NCBI GenBank assembly: GCA_951406725.2
Contig: OX597839.1
Coordinates: 32,364,001 to 32,428,000, forward strand
Origin: Octopus vulgaris
Lineage: Eukaryota
Length of the DNA stretch: 64,000 nucleotides
Direction: 5' to 3'
A program made the position numbers and the translations under genes. The notes beneath the pieces are model-generated. The model was not told the origin of the DNA. It saw only the letters and a list, made by a program, of their open reading frames with translations, and did not search any database. Below are positions 42,505 to 56,981 of this stretch, one piece after another (the stretch's first letter is position 1; each line of letters opens with the position of its first letter).

Positions 42505-43888
42505 CGGAGTTAGTGAGCGCTTAATAAAGAGAGGGAGTATACATAACATGAGAGAAAGAGAAAGAATGAAAGAGCGAGAGAGGGAGGAAGGAGCGGGATA
42601 TTTGAGGATGTAAGCGGCTGTTGTTGAAGGCCCCTTGCGGCCAAAATACATTAAAGGAGATTTGCAAGAAAGATAGCGATAAGAGCTTGCAAGAAGAATG
42701 ATGGCGTCCGTTGACATCTTTCTCTGGCTGTGGCTATTCGAGATTTTTCGGTTAACTCGTTGCAGTCCCGCAAGACCCGGAGGGCAATAAAACTAGCACA
42801 AGTTAATTCAAAGGACCAGTATTCGGTGATACGACAGAGCTAAATATAATAAGCATTTTTTGAATTTGCTATTAGGCTGCACACTGGAAGAAAATATATA
42901 CTTGAAGAATGGGTTGGGTTTTTTTTCGGAAAGTGGGCCGCATCAGGCGGGCCGCACTACTAAGAAAATTGAAGCTTTTTTTTTTACAAGTATGTCCTCT
43001 ATTTGACTTTGTTTCCTCATAACTTTCAGAAAATGGATATTTTCAATGAAATCTTCTGAGCAGGCGTATACAATACACAAGGTATAACAATGAAAAAGAA
43101 GGGACATATTCATGGCATACAAAGGTTATTTTTAAGAAATGGGAGGAGAGGACGATAGAGATGTAGTCCTCCAGATACAGGATGACCTCTTGGGTTAAAC
43201 GAGGAACCCTACTATCAGAGATTTCCCTGAAACCCCAGGAGCAAGTGCCTTCTCCACTTCCATCTATCCGACTCACAAGTCTACACTTAGAGATACATAA
43301 AAGGTATTTATTGAAAATATAATTAATAAATGCTCATTTTATTTAAAGCTATGAGGAAACAAAGTCGAAGTTTACATCTATGCAGGTATGTCACTTATCT
43401 TTTGTTAAGCGTACTTTTCAGAAAGTCCCGCGAGCCGCAGGTTGTTCACGACTGGTATAGGCGTTGTATTCTTGAGCTCAAGACATTTCATTTCATGTTT
43501 CTCCTGTCAATTCAGCTATAGATGAGTTAACCTTGCGAGGGACTGGCGTCCCGTACAGGGGGAGATTGTAGGAATCTCAGTCACTTTTAGGCTATGGAAA
43601 CCGGCCCCGTGTGTCCAAGAGACAATACTTAATTGTATTTAACCGGTATTTTTACCTTATCAGGAAACGCGTAGCTCAGTGGTCAGTGTCGCGTGAAGGT
43701 TGAGGTTTCGATTCCTGTACCCTATATATATATGTATATATATGTATATATATAGGTTATAAGAGATAATGGTGTCACTGAGACCCAAAGGTGTCAGGCA
43801 ATGCTGCATAAGTGCTATAGACAGACCATAGTTAAGTTCTAGATTCGGTGATATAGCGAATAAAGGGTTCAACGTTGGTTCTATGTCA

Positions 43889-44110
43889 GCGTGTGTATAT
43901 AAGAATTTTTTTGCGTAATAAGATAAAAAAAACCAAGGCTGTGTAGATATTAGAGCATTTATAGATAGAAGGTCTTACAGCTGTTTCTAGGATATTATTA
44001 ATTAATATCCTAGAAACAGCTGTAAGACCTTCTATCTATAAATGCTCTAATATCTATACAGCCTTGGTTTTTTATCTTATTGTGCAAAAAATTCATATAT
44101 ATATACACGC
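43889..44110. repeat. ~220-bp palindrome (inverted Penelope-like pLTR junction)
   Basis: Arms of ~108 bp surround a 5-nt loop at 43998-44002. Each arm carries the hammerhead 3' half GAAACAGCTGTA. Confidence 0.9.
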
Positions 44111-44854
44111 AAGTGTGCTGGAAAATACAAATGTTATTTGAAGTGAGTGTCTGTTCGTCCTGGATTACAATGCGAGGAATATCAGAAACACACGCGGGTC
44201 GGGTAAAGTCGATGCTTTTACACTGATTCCAGTGTTTCTTAGCGAAATTTACGTGTGTATTCTTACCTGTATAGTAAATCATATTGTGTGTGCGTGTAAG
44301 TATATATCACTGTGGGGATGAACAAAATCGGTGCGTCGAACACAACTTCATCGGTATTTGATTGCAGCCGAGGCTCCTGTATTCACGCGAAGGACGATTG
44401 ACGTTTCGTTCGTCGCCCGATCGATAAAACATGAACCGGCCAAAGTGCTGTACTTAATTCCTTGAAGGCATTGCTCCAACATGACCGCAGCTCAACTGGG
44501 AAGAACAGAAGACTGAAGACACCAAACCACTCTTCCACCCCCAACACTCCAATCAATCGATCGATCCATCCGCTCCCTTTGGCCAATCACGTGACACAGT
44601 TTGATCTCCCGATAACCTCGTCCAAATCAACATCGCCTAAAGCTGCTCTCTCCATTCTTTCTCATTCTACAGTTTTCCTTCGACCTTTTTTCCTTCCTTC
44701 CTTTCTTTTATTTTTGCCATCGTTCGTTCATATCTTTCATTCCGTCATACTTTTCTTACGCAATTCATTCGCTCATTGTTTCCTTCTTTTCCTTTCAGTC
44801 CCTCTTTTCCCTTTGTGGTAGCAGCAGCAGCAGTTAGCAGTAGTAGTAGTTGTC

Positions 44855-44885
<31 letters not shown>

Positions 44886-44890
44886 CAGTT

Positions 44891-44981
<91 letters not shown>

Positions 44982-45012
44982 CAGTAGTAGTAGTAGCAGT
45001 AGTAGTAGTAGC

Positions 45013-45050
<38 letters not shown>

Positions 45051-45096
45051 CAGCAGCAGTAGCAGCAGCAGTAGTAGCAGTAGTAGTAGTAGTAGC

Positions 45097-45128
<32 letters not shown>

Positions 45129-45216
45129 CAGCAGCAGCAGCAGCAGTAGTAGCAGTAGTAGTAGTAGTAGCAGTAGTAGTAGTAGCAGCAGTAGTAGTAG
45201 TAGTAGTAGTAGTAGT

Positions 45217-45288
<72 letters not shown>

Positions 45289-45354
45289 GGTGGTAGCAAT
45301 GGTTTTGTTGATTGAGGCAGTTTGTGCAACTTCTAAAATGATGGTATTGTTGTC

Positions 45355-45522
45355 ACGTTGTGAGTTCAAATTCCACCGAGGTCGACTATGCTTTTCATCC
45401 TTTCGGGGTCGATAAATTAAGTACCAGTTACACACTGGGGGTCGAAGTAATCGACTTAATACCTATGTCTGTCCTTGTTTGTCCCCTCTGTGTTTAGCCC
45501 CCTGGTGGGTAATAAAGAAATA
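45355..45522 (+). mobile_element. 5'-truncated family A SINE with 12-bp TSD
   Basis: TSD GGTATTGTTGTC at 45343-45354 and 45523-45534. Confidence 0.9.
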
Positions 45523-46149
45523 GGTATTGTTGTCCTTTATCCCCTGCCCAGTTCTAATTAAAGAGCATTTTAATGGTGACCATCCCATCGAATTTTTAGA
45601 TAATGGATCCTTACTTTAAGATAAAATATACTTTGAGGGGAATTTGGTTGTCGTTTCTAACAGGTCTTGCGGCCGCGCACACTCCTTCGTTATTATTGTT
45701 TGTTGCCCGGAAGTGACACAACAACAACAACAAACAATAATGGTTTGTTGTGGAGAGATTAGCGGCCCAGGTAGAGCTGTCGAAGTCCACCGTGGATCTA
45801 ATATATTGTTTGTACACCATTGCTGTTGTTTCTTTCTCCCACCCAGATGTGCAACCTGTAATTCTTCTAAACATCTTCGTCGCTTCATTTTCTTTGAGTC
45901 TTCAATGAGGAAGGAATAGAAAACTCCGAGTATTTCTTTCTTCTGAGCGACAGCTTTCACTATTCAGTCCTTTTCTCCCTCTTTCTTTGCTTCTTTGTTT
46001 TTCTTTCTTTTTTCTTTTCTTTCTCTTTCTTCCTTCATTTTCTTTTTGCATTGACTTCTTCTGACATTCATTCATTCATCACGTTCTTCCTTCCTTCATA
46101 TTTTCATCCTTTTCTTCATTCATTCAGTAATTCAAAAACAAATTGAACG

Positions 46150-47095
46150 AATGCAAAAATAAAAAGGGAAAGAAATCAACAAAGAAATGACTGAATCGAG
46201 GAAAGAAAAGAGAGAACGATGAATGAACGAATGAAAAGACGAAGAGGCGAAGGAAATAATAATGAGAGATAAAAACAATGAAGAATGGACGAACGAAAGA
46301 AGGAAAACACCGTAAAGGAAAATGAATGAACCAAAGAACAAAGAAGAAATGAATGGGAGAAAGAAGAATGAGAGAAGGAAGGAAAAAAATGGAGGAATGG
46401 CAGAAAGAATGAAAGAAATGAAGGAATTGAAGGAAGGAAGGAAAGTGTAAAGGAAGAAAGGAAAAATAAATGAAGAATAGAAGAATGGAGGAAGGAAGGA
46501 AAAATGAAGGAATGGACGGAAGAAGGAAAGAAGCATAAATGAGAGAAGGAAGAAAAAATAAATGAAAGAATGGCAGGAATAAAAGAATGAGGGAAAGAAG
46601 GAAAAATAAATGAATGGAAGGGAGGAAAATAAATGGCGGGAAGGAAGGAAATGAAGGAATGGCGGGAAGAAGAATAACTGAAGGAATGGAAGGAAGAAAC
46701 GAAGAAGCGTAAATGAGAGAAGGAAAGAAAAAGTAAATGAAGGAATAGAAAAAAGAAAAGAGTGAGGGAAGGAAGAGAAGAATCAATGAAGGAATGAAGG
46801 AAAGAAAAAGTAAATGAAGGAATAGAAGAATGAAGGAAGGAAGGAAAAATGAAGGAATGGACGGAAGAAGGAAAAAAGCATAAATGAAAGAATGGAAGGA
46901 ATAAAAGAATGAGGGAAAGAAGGAAAAATAAATGGCGGGAAGGAAAGAAATGAAGGAATGGCGGGAAGAAACAAAGAAGCGTAAATGAGAGAAGGAAAGA
47001 AAAAATAACTGAAGGAATAGAAAGAAGAAAAGAGTGAGGGAAGGAAGAGAAGAATCAATGAAGGAATGAAGGGAAGAATAAATGAAAGAATGATA
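46150..47095. repeat. purine-rich (GAA/GGAA/GAAT) minisatellite with ~300-bp internal duplication
   Basis: The block at ~46490-46800 recurs at ~46835-47070. Confidence 0.8.
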
Positions 47096-47888
47096 AAATT
47101 CTGTGAAGCAATCAAGGAAATTTCGGACAAAAAAAAAAGGGGATAAAAAAAAAACTAAGTAAAACTATTATAAAAAAATGTGAATATAAATGGCCAGAGA
47201 CATTTTTGTATGGGTTTGAAGAGGAAGGGACAGCGCCCATTGCCGGGTCCTCGAGATTGGTAAGGAGTGGAGGGAGGAATTATAATTGTGCTGATAGAAT
47301 AAGGAGCAGCAGTGATGTCGATGTATGGAGTTATTTGTCCCCAGATTGGGATCTGAGGATTTGAAGAATGGACATTAGAGCTGAAGGCAACTAGGGGCCA
47401 GGTGGGGGAGGGGGAAGAATGTAGGGGGAGAGAGGAGACAGTGGGGGTAGTGATGGAGGTGGTAGTGGAAGCAACGGTGGTGGTGGTGGTGGTGGTGGTG
47501 GTTTGAGGAAGGGAGACTAGGAGTATCGAACTGAGGAGAGAGAGAGAAAGAGTGAGAGAGGAGGAGGCTGTATCTGTGGGGAGAGGTAGGAGGAGAAAGG
47601 TAAGACGAAAGATGGGTGGGGGTTGATTGAGGGAAGGAGAGAGAGAGAGAGAATGTGGAATGATAGAAAAAGAGTGAAGGAGAAAGAAAAGAGGTGAGTG
47701 GTGTGAAGCATAAGTTATCTCTCTCTCTTTCTCTCCCCCTATCTCTCTCTTCTCTTTCTCTTTTCTCTTTCTCTCTCTCTCTCTTCTCTTTCTCTCTTCT
47801 CTTTCTGTCTTCTCTTTCTCTCTCTATTCTCTTTCTGTCTTCTCTTTCTCTCTCTCTCTCTTCTCTTTCTCTCTCTCTCTCTTCTCTT

Positions 47889-47920
<32 letters not shown>

Positions 47921-48959
47921 CTCTCTTCTCTTTCTCTCTCTCTCTCTATGTATATATATGAGATAGAGAGAGATGAGAAGAGGAAGGAGTAACATTTAAA
48001 AAGAGACAGGGTGTGGAAGGGTGAGTAGAGAGCGAAAGAAAATGAAGGAATTAAAGATGACAAATATGAAAGAGGAGAGGAATGAAATGAAAGATAGATA
48101 TAGAGAGAGGGAGAGAGAAGAGAAGAGAAAAATAGTAAGGAGAGATAGAGAGAGGGGGGAGGGGGGCATAAACGAAAGAGAAAAAGAGAAAAAGACAAGT
48201 CGATGAGAAGAAACGGAGAAAGGATAGAGAGGGGGAAAGAGAGGAAGGATTGGAATGGAAGTGGAGAGTGAGAGTGAAGGATTGAGACTGAAGGAGGGGA
48301 CGTGATAGACAGTTAGAGAGAGGGGGTGAATGACAGAGAGGTAGTGAGAGAGCGGGAATAATAGACAGTTAGAGAGAGGGGGGTGAATGATAAATAGAGA
48401 AGTAAGGGAGAGCAAGGGAGATTGTGGGCAGATAGGTAGAAAGATAGGTGAAGAGATGCGATGGACGAAAGAGAGCGGATGTTGAAGACGAAGCCGAGAA
48501 CCGGAAGAAGGAGAAAGAAGCGGGAAAGGCGTCGTATGAAGGAAGGACAAAGAGAAGGAGGCAGCGCAGGCGTAATGAAGGCCGGGAGAGAAAAAGAGAA
48601 TGAAAAAGCCCCTTCTAATGGCCTGAAGGATGATCTGGCATTCGCGAAGAGGTTATATGAAAGGTGAAAGCGAATCTGCAATTAAAAGAGAACTAACGAG
48701 AACACGAGACATTAAAAGGAGAGCGCGTGTTGCGCTGTTTCCACACCTGCCTTCCATGTTGCCATGAAAAGTCACCTTAATTGCACAGATGCGAGTGTTT
48801 GCATGCATCGATGCAGATTTTGCAGAATCGTTTGCAGTTTGCAGCAGAGACGCAACCGCTGAACCGAACCGGGTTCATTTTACACTCGAGGATTGATCTA
48901 AAGCGCGAATCGTTAATAATGGTTTCGTTTCACTAAACATAATGCAGATCTTTGCTAAA

Positions 48960-49400
<441 letters not shown>

Positions 49401-49544
49401 TATTGTTTCAGTCGATGGGCTGTGGCCATGCTGGGGCACCACCCTGAATGATTTTAGTCGACCCCAACGCTTATTTTTAAACCTAGTACTTATTCCACAG
49501 ATTTCTTTTGCTGAACTGGTAAATTACAGGAACGTAAACAAACC

Positions 49545-50365
49545 AACCTTCCCAACCACATGGTTCCAGGTTCAGTCCCACTGCGTGGCACCTTGGGCAA
49601 GTGTCTTCTTCTATAACCTCGGACCGCACACAAGGCTTCTGTAGTCTTGTGTGTGGATTTGGTAGACGGAAACTGAAAGAAGGTCATCGTATTCCCCAAC
49701 CACCGTCTGACAATGGGTGTTAGTATGTTTATGTCCTCCGTAACTTAGCGGTTCGTCATAAGAAACCGATAGAATAACTACCAGACTTTAAAAGAAAAAG
49801 TATTGGACTTAATTCGTTCGAGTAAAGTTCTCCAAAGCAGGGTCCCAGCATGGCCGCAATCTGATAACTGAAATAAGTAAAAGATACATACAACGTGTTT
49901 CTTCTAGTTTCCGTCTACCAAATCTAGTCACGAGGCTTTGGTCGGTTCGAGACTATGGTGGAAGTCTTGCCTGAGGTACCATGCAGAGGGACTGAACCTG
50001 GAACCATATGGTCGAGAAGCAGGCTTTTAACCGCAAAGGCACGCACACACGCGCCAAATCACAGCCGTCACTCACGAGCGAGTATGACTTGGTAGTATGT
50101 GCTATGCTTTCATTAATTATATGTGTGTGTGCATGTGCATGCGCGAGCGCTTTGCTGTAAACAAACCAAAACTGCCTGATAACCGATGCTGGTTTGTTTA
50201 CATCCCCGTAACGTAGCCGCTCGTTAAAAGAGACCGCTAGAAATAAGTACCAGTCTTTTAAAAGAAAATAAAGTCCTGGGGTCGATTTGTTCGACTAAAA
50301 ACCCTTCATGGCGGTGCTCCAGCATGGCCTCAGCATAGTGACTGAAACAAATCAAATAAAAGATA
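49545..50365. mobile_element. cluster of family B SINE copies and fragments
   Basis: Copies at 49545-49885 (+), 49905-50045 (- head) and 50175-50365 (+ tail). Confidence 0.75.
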
Positions 50366-50456
50366 TTAAGTATGTGAAAAGATAATCCTTATCTTCTTTC
50401 GTTAATCCGGAAGATGGGACAGAGATATGATGAGTCAATAGAAAGGCCAATGAAAA

Positions 50457-51390
50457 GGCGGCGAACTGGCAGAACCGTTAGCACGCCGGACAAAATGCTT
50501 AGCGGCATTTCTTCCGTCCTCACGTTCAGATTTCAAATTCCGCCGAGGTCGACTTTGCCTTTCATCCTTTCGGAGTCGATAAATTAAGTACCAGTTATGC
50601 ACTGGGGTCGATGTAATCGACGTAATCCGTTTGTCTGTCCTTGTTTGTCCCCTCTGTGTTTAGCCCCTTGTGGGTAGTAAAGAAATAGGTATTTCGTCTA
50701 CCGTTACGTTCTGAGTTCAAATTCCGCCGAGGTCGACTTTGCCTTTCATCCTTTCGGAGTCGATAAATTAAGTACCAGTTATGCACTGGGGTCGATGTAA
50801 TCGACGTAATCCATTTGTCTGTCCTTGTTTGTCCCCTCTATGTTTAGCCCCTTGTGGGTAGTAAAGAAATAGGTATTTCGTCTGCCGTTACGTTCTGAGT
50901 TCAAATTCCGCCGAGGTCGACTTTGCCTTTCATCCTTTCGGGGTCGCTTAAATAAGTACCAGTTACGCACTGGGGTCGATATAATCGACTTAATCCCTTT
51001 GACTGTCCTTGTTTGTCCCCTCTGTGTTTAGCCCCTTGAGGGCAGTAAAGAAATAGGTATTTCGTCTGCCGTTACGTTCTGAGTTCAAATTCCGCCGAGG
51101 TCGACTTTGCCTTTCATCCTTTCGGGGTCGCTTAAATAAGTACCAGTTACGCACTGGGGTCGATATAATCGACTTAATCCCTTTGACTGTCATTGTTTGT
51201 CCCCTCTGTGTTTAGGCCCCTTGTGGGTAGTAAAGAAATAGGTATTTCGTCTACCGTTACATTCTGAGTTCAAATTCCGTCGAGGTCGACTTTGCCTTTC
51301 ATCCTTTCGGGGTCGCTTAAATAAGTACCAGTTACGTACTGGGGTCGATGTAATCAACCAGCCTCCTCCCCGAAACTGCTGGCCTTCAAC
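50457..51390 (+). mobile_element. family A SINE head-to-tail array (five units)
   Basis: Complete head GGCGGCGAACTGGCAGAACCGTTAGC, with junctions AAGAAATA|GGTATTTCG at 50688, 50872, 51056 and 51241. Confidence 0.93.
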
Positions 51391-52033
51391 CATAATTATA
51401 AACCAAAATGAGAGCCAAAAAATGACTCAAAGATTCTGAACAGAACCAAAAGATCTGCTTCAATAAAAACGAATCAAATTCAACGCCTGACCACAAAAAT
51501 CAGTGAACGGAAGAAACGAACGGAAAAGCGAGCCTCAACAGAGTAACCAGGTGAACCTGCTAGAAAGAGCAGCTAAATTCTCATCGAAGCGTCTTGAAAA
51601 GAGAGACAGAAAAAAAAAAAGAAAGAAAGACATTAGATGATGAGAGAATGTAAGATGTGTTGGTCATGGCTGGATGGAATGTCTTGACCGTGTGCCTGCT
51701 ACTATTGCTCAAGCTACTATTACTACTACTACTACTGCAGCGACTACTGCTGCTGCTCTTGCGAATACTGCTACTACTATTACTACAGCAGTACTATAGC
51801 TATTGCTGCTACTACTACTACCAGCACCACAACCGCCGCTGCTGCTACTACTACTACTCCTACCACCACCACCACGGCCCCTACCGCTACTACTACTACT
51901 ACTACTAATACTAGACTAAATACTGAGCCTAGAATTAAGTTAATGTTAATATATTGAATGCCGAGAACGTTAAGAATCCGCCATTAAGAGCCGAAATGAT
52001 TTTGCCGCGAGGCAAACTCGGTTTTTAACCAAC

Positions 52034-52210
52034 GAAGAAGAAGAAGGAGAAGAAGAAGAAGAAGAAGAAGAAGAAGAAGAAGAAGAAGAAGAAGAAGAAT
52101 AGGAAGAAGAAGAAGAAGAAGAATAGGAAGAGGAAGTAGAAGAAGAAGAAGAATAGGAAGAAGAAGAAGAAGAAGAAGAAGGAGAAGAATAGGAAGAAGA
52201 AGAAGAGGAA

Positions 52211-52245
<35 letters not shown>

Positions 52246-52420
52246 AGGAGAAGAAGAATTGGAAGAAGAAGAAGAAGAAGAAGAAGAAGGAGAAGAAGAA
52301 GAAGAAGGAGAAGAAGAAGAAGAAGAAGAAGAAGAAGAAGAAGAAGAAGAAGAAGAATAGGAAGAAGAAGAAGAAGAAGAAGAAGGAGAAGAAGAAGAAG
52401 AAGAATAGGAAGAAGAAAAA
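52034..52420. repeat. (GAA)n microsatellite
   Basis: Directly visible. Confidence 0.97.
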
Positions 52421-52654
52421 GAAACTAACTTCAACGGCAGACATTTATAATCATGGCGAAATTAGCGTTGTAACACGTAGCCAAACCAGTACGTGATATT
52501 GTCATGGCTACGAGAGTTTGCGGGAAACTCTGCCGCTTGTTCACGCTGACAACGAGATCAAAAACAATAACTTTTTAATCTGATTGACGACACACACACA
52601 CACACACACACGATGCCTTGGATATATATATATATATATATATACTCTGTACCT

Positions 52655-53158
52655 CTCTCTATATAAATGGCAAAATGTCTGCGTGCGTGTCCTTTCTACA
52701 AATCCACAATTTTTCAGTTAGAAGGCTCGCACTTTCTATGGTCATTGAAAACCGTCCAAGGGTGGTCGTGCACATCTTTACATTTCCCCAGTCACCCCGC
52801 AAAGCCATTAAAAAAATCAATAGAAGTGACTTTTTTGTGAATTTCCTATCCAAAACCCAATCAAAATGCCCGAAACTTGATACGCCAATTGAATGCCAGC
52901 TAGCTGTATGTGATTGGTCGGGAGATTTGGACAGTATTCGCGTGTATGTGCGCAAGCATGCAGCTGTATATGCATGCACTAGCACTATGACCCGGTGTTG
53001 TCAGGTCATAGTGCTGGTAGTGTGTAAAATCCAAAGGAGCGAACCCAGGCGCCGCCTATCGAGTGAAGTACCGTGTAATTGTTTTATCTTAATTCTACAT
53101 CTTTCCTGTAATTCGATGTGGTTAGCCAGAACCTGGATTATATCAGTGCTATTATAGT
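52655..53158 (+). mobile_element. probable non-autonomous Helitron-like element
   Basis: The start TCTATATAAATGGCAAAATGTCTGCGTGCGTGTCC resembles Helitron 5' ends. No clear CTAG 3' end. Confidence 0.4.
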
Positions 53159-53202
53159 ACCTACTCGGAATACAAAATCCATTTTTCTTTACGTCACACA
53201 CA

Positions 53203-53427
<225 letters not shown>

Positions 53428-53518
53428 GATGGAATAAACTTGCTTTAATTACAAATTACCACATTTGTTTGTGTACTATGGCAATACCTGCCCGTTGCTA
53501 AGTTTTCAGTCTCATGCC

Positions 53519-53752
53519 TATTTCTTTATTGCCCACAAGGGGCTAAACACAGAGGGGACAAACAAGGACAAACATAGGTATTAAGTCGATCACATCGACC
53601 CCAGTGCGTAGCTGGTACTTAATTTATCGACCCCGAAAGGATGAAAGGCAAAGTCGACCTTGGCGGAATTTGAACTCAGAACGTAACGGCAGACGAAATA
53701 CCGCTAAGCATTTCGCCCGGCGTGCTAACGATTCTGCCAGCTCGCCGCCTTG
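53519..53752 (-). mobile_element. full-length family A SINE with 13-bp TSD
   Basis: TSD TCAGTCTCATGCC (53506-53518) and TCAGTCTCATACC (53753-53765). Confidence 0.9.
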
Positions 53753-54641
53753 TCAGTCTCATACCATTACTCTTTACTCTTTTACTTGTTTCAATCATTT
53801 GACTGTGGCCATGCTGGAGCATCGCCTTTAGTCGAGCAAATCTACCCCCCAAGACTTATTCTAAGCCTAGTACTTATTCTATCGGTCTCTTTTGCCGAAT
53901 CACAAAAATAAATACGACTTACTATTAGCTATTTGCCGACACTTCATCAGGGAGATAGCTTTTGAAGCACCCCCTCCCAACCACCACCACCACCACCACC
54001 ACCAGCAGCACCGGTGCCTCCGCCGCCGTCGCCACCACCACCACAACCACCACCAAACATCGCAATCAACATTGATGTCTTGTTCTCTGACCAAATCATC
54101 TTCCAGGATGAAGACGAAAAAATATCCGAGTAAAACTACTTCGAAGTAAGAGTAAAGAAAATTGACTACAGCCGTCACTCGCGACCGGATATGGATGATG
54201 TATGGAAAAGCCTTAGGGGCTTAATGTAGTCGTCAGCAGGCGTAGACAGCCCCTCGGTCCTCCATCCATTGATCTAGCAGAACATCGAGGATGTGAAAGC
54301 TGAAGGAAGAGAGACCTGCCCCAGTAGTCTGCTGGTATTCATTCTCAGTTGAAGACACTGTGAATGCGTGTGACCTACTGGTTTGGGTATTGGGCTAATG
54401 TTCATAAAGTCGCGGGTTCGATTCCTGCGCTTCATTTTACCTTGCTTCAGTCTATTCGCCTAAATAATAGCATCTCTCTTTAACTTGCGTCAGTCGTTAG
54501 ACAGACACACAAACATACACATACACACATATATATATATATATAAAGTTAATCCAAACAAGAAAACAAAAAGACAACAACGCAAGGACGTGGAACAAAT
54601 AAAGTATTATTGGACGCTCAGGAAAGAAGGGAAGAAGGAGG

Positions 54642-54676
54642 GTTTGACGTTTCGAGCGGAGCTCTTCGTCGGAAAC
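54642..54676 (-). ncRNA. minimal Type I hammerhead motif (U4C, GUC site) in module 54546-54709
   Basis: Minus strand reads GUUU-CCGACGA-A-GAGC-UCC-GCUC-GAA-ACGU-C-AAAC. The module abuts (TA)n. Confidence 0.72.
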
Positions 54677-55316
54677 ATAGGAGAAGGAAAGATTCCGAGA
54701 AGGGAAGACACACGACAGGCTTCTTTCAGTTTCCGTCTACCAAATCCACTCACAAGGCTTTGGTCGGCCCGAGGCTATGGTAGAAGACACTTGAGCAAGG
54801 TGCCACGCAGTGGGACTGAATCCGGAACCATGTGGTTGGTAAGCAAGCTACTTACCACGCGGCTACTCCTGTGCCTATATTTCTAATTATTATATATATC
54901 TTTCACACATATTTATTAAATGCCAGTTTTATGGCAGTTTTATTGTCAGCCATAAAGAAGAGCAACTATATTAACAGAGAATAAAACAAGGAAACAAGTC
55001 TCTGAGGAACAAATTAGATTATTGCGTTCTAACACGAACGCCATTTTCCTCCACATAAAACCTGATTGGACAACCGAAGCAGCTGGTTGACCAATGAAAA
55101 CCTCGAATGAAACTACTGACACGACACAGTTCTTTCTAATTTTGGTACAAGGCCAACAATTTCAGGGGAGGCGGGGGGTTATTGATTATATCGTCCCCAG
55201 TGCTACACCTAATAAAGTACCAGTCAAGTACTGCCGTTGGTGGAATCGACTTGGCCCTCGCCTCAAAATTGCTGGCCTTGTGCCAAATTTAGAAAGAATA
55301 ATTTTTTTTTCTGCCT

Positions 55317-55645
55317 TTAACCCTCCAACGCGGAGTATAGGCCACTTATAGTTGAATTCCATGTCGCATAATGTTTCGCTTCTGTATTTATACTCTGCCA
55401 TGAAAGTCCCCCTTTTTCCAGTTCCTTTTGTGTTGATCTCTGCCACGAGTTCTTAGGTCTACCTCTCTTTCTATATCTATCCGGATTCCACTGTAAAGCC
55501 CTTTTCGCTACATTTGGTGTGTCTTTTCTAATTGTGCTACCAATCCACTTCCACTTTTTCTTAAGTATTTGCTCCCTAATCGAAACTTGATTTGTTCTTT
55601 GCCATAGCTCCATATTGGGGCCATCTAATTTTAAGTATACTACGA
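55317..55645 (-). mobile_element. RTE-clade LINE RT C-terminal fragment
   Basis: Peptide ELWQRTNQ...KWKWIGSTIRK...ALQWNPDRYRKRGRPKNSW. Confidence 0.85.
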
Positions 55646-55654
55646 AAGAATAAT

Positions 55655-56277
55655 AATGGTTCCATATTTTTGTACATAGCCTACCTTTTTAGAAGGCGGG
55701 AGTTAGTTGATTACATTGACCCCAGTGTTCAACTGGTACTTATTTTATCGACCCCGAAAGAATGAATAGTAAAGTTGACCTCGGCACAATTTGAACTCAG
55801 AACGTAAAGACGGACGAAATGCCGCTCAGCATTTTGACCGGCATGCTAACGATTCCTTTCTAGTCTAGACACAAGGCCCGAAATTTTTTGGGAGGGGGCC
55901 AGTCGATCAGATCGACACCAGTGCGCAACTGGTACTTAATTTATCGACCCCGAAAGGATGAAAGGCAAAGTCGACCTCGGCGGAATTTGAACTCAGAACG
56001 TAGCGGCAGACGAAATACCTATTTGTTTACTACCCACAAGGGGCTAAACACAGAGGGGACAAACAAGGACAGACAAACGGATTAAGTCGATTATATCGAC
56101 CCCAGTGCGTAACTGGTACTTATTTAACCGACCCCGAGAGGATGAAAGGCAAAATCGACCTCGGCGGAATTTGAACTCAGAACGTAGCGGCAGACGAAAT
56201 ACCGCAAAGCATTTCGCCCGACGTGCTAACGTTTCTGCCAGCTTGCCGCTTTGATGATGATGATGATGATAATAATG

Positions 56278-56314
<37 letters not shown>

Positions 56315-56788
56315 TAATAATAATAATAATGGTTTCAAATTTTAGCACAAGGCCGGAAATTTCGGGGGATGCAGAAGTCGATTAGATCGACCCAGGAGCT
56401 CAATCAGTACTTATTTAACCGACCCCGAAAAGATGAAAGGTAAAGTTGACCTCACCTGTATTTGAACTCAGAGCGTAATAAGCTGGAAAAAGTATCGCCA
56501 AATATTTTGTCCGATGTACTGACGATTCTTGCAGCTCGTCGCTTGAATAATCTTTTCTATTATAGACACAAGGCCTGAAAGTTGTGGGGAGGGGTTAAGT
56601 CGATTACAGCGACCCCAGTGCGTAACTGGTACTTAATTTATCGACCCCGAAAGGATGAAGGGCAAAGTCTACCTCGACGGTATTTGAACCCAGAACGTAA
56701 AGACGGGCGGAATGCCGCTAAGCATTTCGCCGGGCGTGCTAACGATTCGGCCCCCCCTCACAGCCTTGCTCGTCGCTTTAATACTACG

Positions 56789-56841
<53 letters not shown>

Positions 56842-56848
56842 CACCACC

Positions 56849-56904
<56 letters not shown>

Positions 56905-56914
56905 CACCACTACC

Positions 56915-56981
<67 letters not shown>

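Noticed and set aside
42698-42790. Short ORF MMASVDIFLWLWLFEIFRLTRCSPARPGGQ resembling a signal peptide
   Set aside because: It has only 30 codons, no convincing splice donor and no recognisable homology.
42770-43453. hAT-type element ending CCCGCGAGCCGCAGGTTGTTCACGACTG
   Set aside because: Only the right end is recognisable; no matching left TIR or TSD could be placed.
50457-51390. CRISPR-like or introner-like array (units begin GT and end AG)
   Set aside because: There are no unique spacers or cas genes and no flanking exons. TSD-bearing monomers show retrotransposition, so the GT/AG ends are explained by the junction.
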